Shown here: positions 61,750 to 64,000 of the stretch, in pieces | Position numbering within the stretch: position 1 is the first letter of the stretch | How the letters are laid out: each line of letters starts with the position of its first letter | Assembly (NCBI GenBank): GCA_963575745.1 | Contig: CAUYUJ010000159.1 | Span: 186,001-250,000, forward strand | Source: Prorocentrum cordatum | Lineage: Eukaryota | Length of the DNA: 64,000 bases | Reading direction: 5' to 3' | Position numbers and translations under genes: made by a program | The notes under the pieces: model-generated | The model's input: only the letters and a program-made list of their open reading frames with translations | Told to the model about the DNA's origin: nothing | Databases searched by the model: none

Positions 61750-63420
61750 TTCAAAACTGCCAGGGCATCGGGCGGCGCAAACGGATGACCAGTCGCGTTT
61801 CCGTGGCGACTACGGCGGGGGAACAAAAGAAACGCACCAGGAGGCACATGACAACCACGTCACCACGCTTCAGCCACCGATCGGTGGCGTCTGACAATGG
61901 TTCGGGTGCGGGAGTGGATCTGTTGTGGCGCAATCCCACAATCGGCACTATGACGACGACAGTTGTGGGTAAACAGGAAGGCATCGATAATGGCAGCTGA
62001 AATCCACAGCACCTTGCGCGGCATGTCGTGGATCGGGAGCAGGGCGATAAGCCAGGGAGGGGAAGCAGAGAAGTGGGGCATCAGCCCACCACGCCACTGT
62101 TCACATACCCAATAGAGTCGAGAACATCGAGCACAATGGGTAACAGCATCGAAACAGGAAAGAGTAATAGGGTCGAGCGGGTCGGAAGGGACAACTAAGA
62201 AGACAAGCGTGAGGATGAGTGTGCAACCTGGCCGACGTGTTCATACCGCGAGCAAGGATACGCAAGAAAATGAAACCCGCATGAGGGCCTGAGCGCTTCA
62301 CAACAAATGTTACCGCCATCACAACGTGGACCGTAACCTCCTCCGAAAAAAGGACCCCCATCCACCTCCTCATTCGCAGCGGCAGCATCGCGCAAACATG
62401 GGGCGAGAACTCGGGCAGCGCCACTCACATACGCGTGACGGTCGCCTGCAGGGGCGCTCCGCCCTCAGGCATGCCTGTCGGTGTAGCGCGCAAAATGCCA
62501 TGAACACTGCGGAAAAATTCGCCCAGCCAGACATTGTCCTCGCAACGCTGGCCTCATCGCTCCGAAATGATCTTGCCAGGCCCTCTAAGATCTCCAAGGT
62601 TTCGTCGCACCTCCAGACCCGACGGAATTTCAACGCCCGAGATACCACTTCCAAATTCTTTAACCGGCAAAGAACTCCCAAGTTCGCCAGGTCGGCGAGA
62701 ATCTCGTGCTTAAAGCAAAACCTCGGACCGATCACCATTACCTGGACGGCACTCTTGCATGCAGCATGCGCGGCGTGGGAAGGGGGCGCAAACTGCAGGA
62801 TAAATGACAACATGCTTTAGCGGAGAGCGCGGGGCGTCGGGATATTCTCCACGAGGGCAAGGCCTGCCTGTCTGACCCCCCGAACACGAAGAGCAACTTT
62901 CGCCGCCGGTTTAGTCCAGCAGCTATCAGCAGCTGAAACTCCAATCATCCCGTCAAGATATTCACGCGCCGTCGCCGCGACGACCTGCGCCTGGGCGAGC
63001 TCAGGGAGATGCCCACAGTCATATCGCTGCAGCGTCACCCGAGAGACCGTCGAACTCACAAGCACAATGCGCGCGGCAATATTCAAAGATAGACCGACGG
63101 CGGCACCGATAACACGAAACGTGTCAAACAGCCTGGACATGTGACGCAGAGTGCGTCGAAGTCCATATATTCAGCCATCCGTATATTTGAGCCCCCCCCC
63201 CCCCCCCCCCCCCGACAACTCTCACGGACAAAATCTTGTAGAGGAGCAGCCCGTCGAATGCAGGGCCGCCCCGTCGAGCCCCTACGAGCAACGCAAATCG
63301 TCTCAGAAACCTGTCCCGCGATCGAAATCAACGCAGTGCCATCGCTATCAAACATCCAAAAGACAACTGGACAATGAAAGTAAGAACTCCCATCTCGGCC
63401 AGAACCTCCAGGGGCCAATC
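61750..63420 (-). mobile_element. Degenerate LINE RT/C-terminal fragment
   Basis: Remnants GQVSETICVAR(G..QG), EYMD, IGAAVGLSLN, EYL.GMIG, LSFILQF and ARGMNTSARLH...CLLSC lie in shifting frames. Limits are approximate. Confidence 0.6.
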
Positions 63421-63425
63421 CATCG

Positions 63426-63433
63426 AGAGAGAG

Positions 63434-63489
<56 letters not shown>

Positions 63490-63653
63490 AAAAAAAAAAA
63501 AAAAAAAAAAAAAAGAAGGAGAAATCTATATATATAGAGAGAGAGAAGAGAGACAGAGAAAACAATTGAGAAAAAAAAGAAAGAGAGAGCGAGAGAGAGA
63601 GAGAGAGAGAGAGAGAAAAAAAAAAAAGAAAAGGAGAAAGAGAGAAGGAGAGA

Positions 63654-63686
<33 letters not shown>

Positions 63687-63951
63687 CGAAACAAAAAAGG
63701 GAGAGAGAGAGAGAGAGAGAGGGTGCGAGAGAGAGAGAGAGAAAAGAGAAATAGAGAAAGAGAGAAAGAGAGAGAGAGAGAGAGACAACAATAAAAGAAA
63801 GAGAGAGTGAGACAGAGAAAGATAGGGCGAAAGAGAGAACTAAAAAGAGAAAGAGAGAAGGAGAGAGAGAGAGAGAGAGAGAAAACAAAAAAAGAAAGAG
63901 AAAGAGAGGGTGAGAGAGAGAGAGAGAGACAACAATAAAAAGAAAAAGAGA

Positions 63952-64000
<49 letters not shown>
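63426..64000. repeat. (GA)n / poly-A low-complexity tract
   Basis: Direct inspection. Confidence 0.95.

Overview
Repeat-dominated, GC-rich eukaryotic DNA from a dinoflagellate. The diagnostic evidence is two near-perfect copies of the dinoflagellate spliced leader (DinoSL, DCCGTAGCCATTTTGGCTCAAG) at 4209-4230 (-) and 49232-49252 (+); the composition is Prorocentrum-like, which is inference. Most ORFs in the track are shadows of microsatellites, satellites and MITEs. Supported coding content: (1) a nearly intact 6.4-kb LINE (ORF1, then APE-RT-zf-RNase H-zf) that begins exactly with a DinoSL and is bracketed by a perfect 15-bp TSD; (2) a second LINE with no 5' ORF1 but two extra ORFs downstream of RT, one a Cys/His 20-aa repeat protein; (3) an SL-capped intronless 468-aa ORF with a PAM2-like motif; (4) a SAM-methyltransferase retrocopy in frame with C-terminal tyrosyl-tRNA synthetase exons, one interrupted by an introner-like MITE; (5) decayed DIRS-like, RLE-type and LINE fragments. 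The best candidate for a new system is retroelements that use SL trans-splicing to define their 5' end and possibly to express downstream ORFs. All calls come from reading motifs by eye; no database searches were run.
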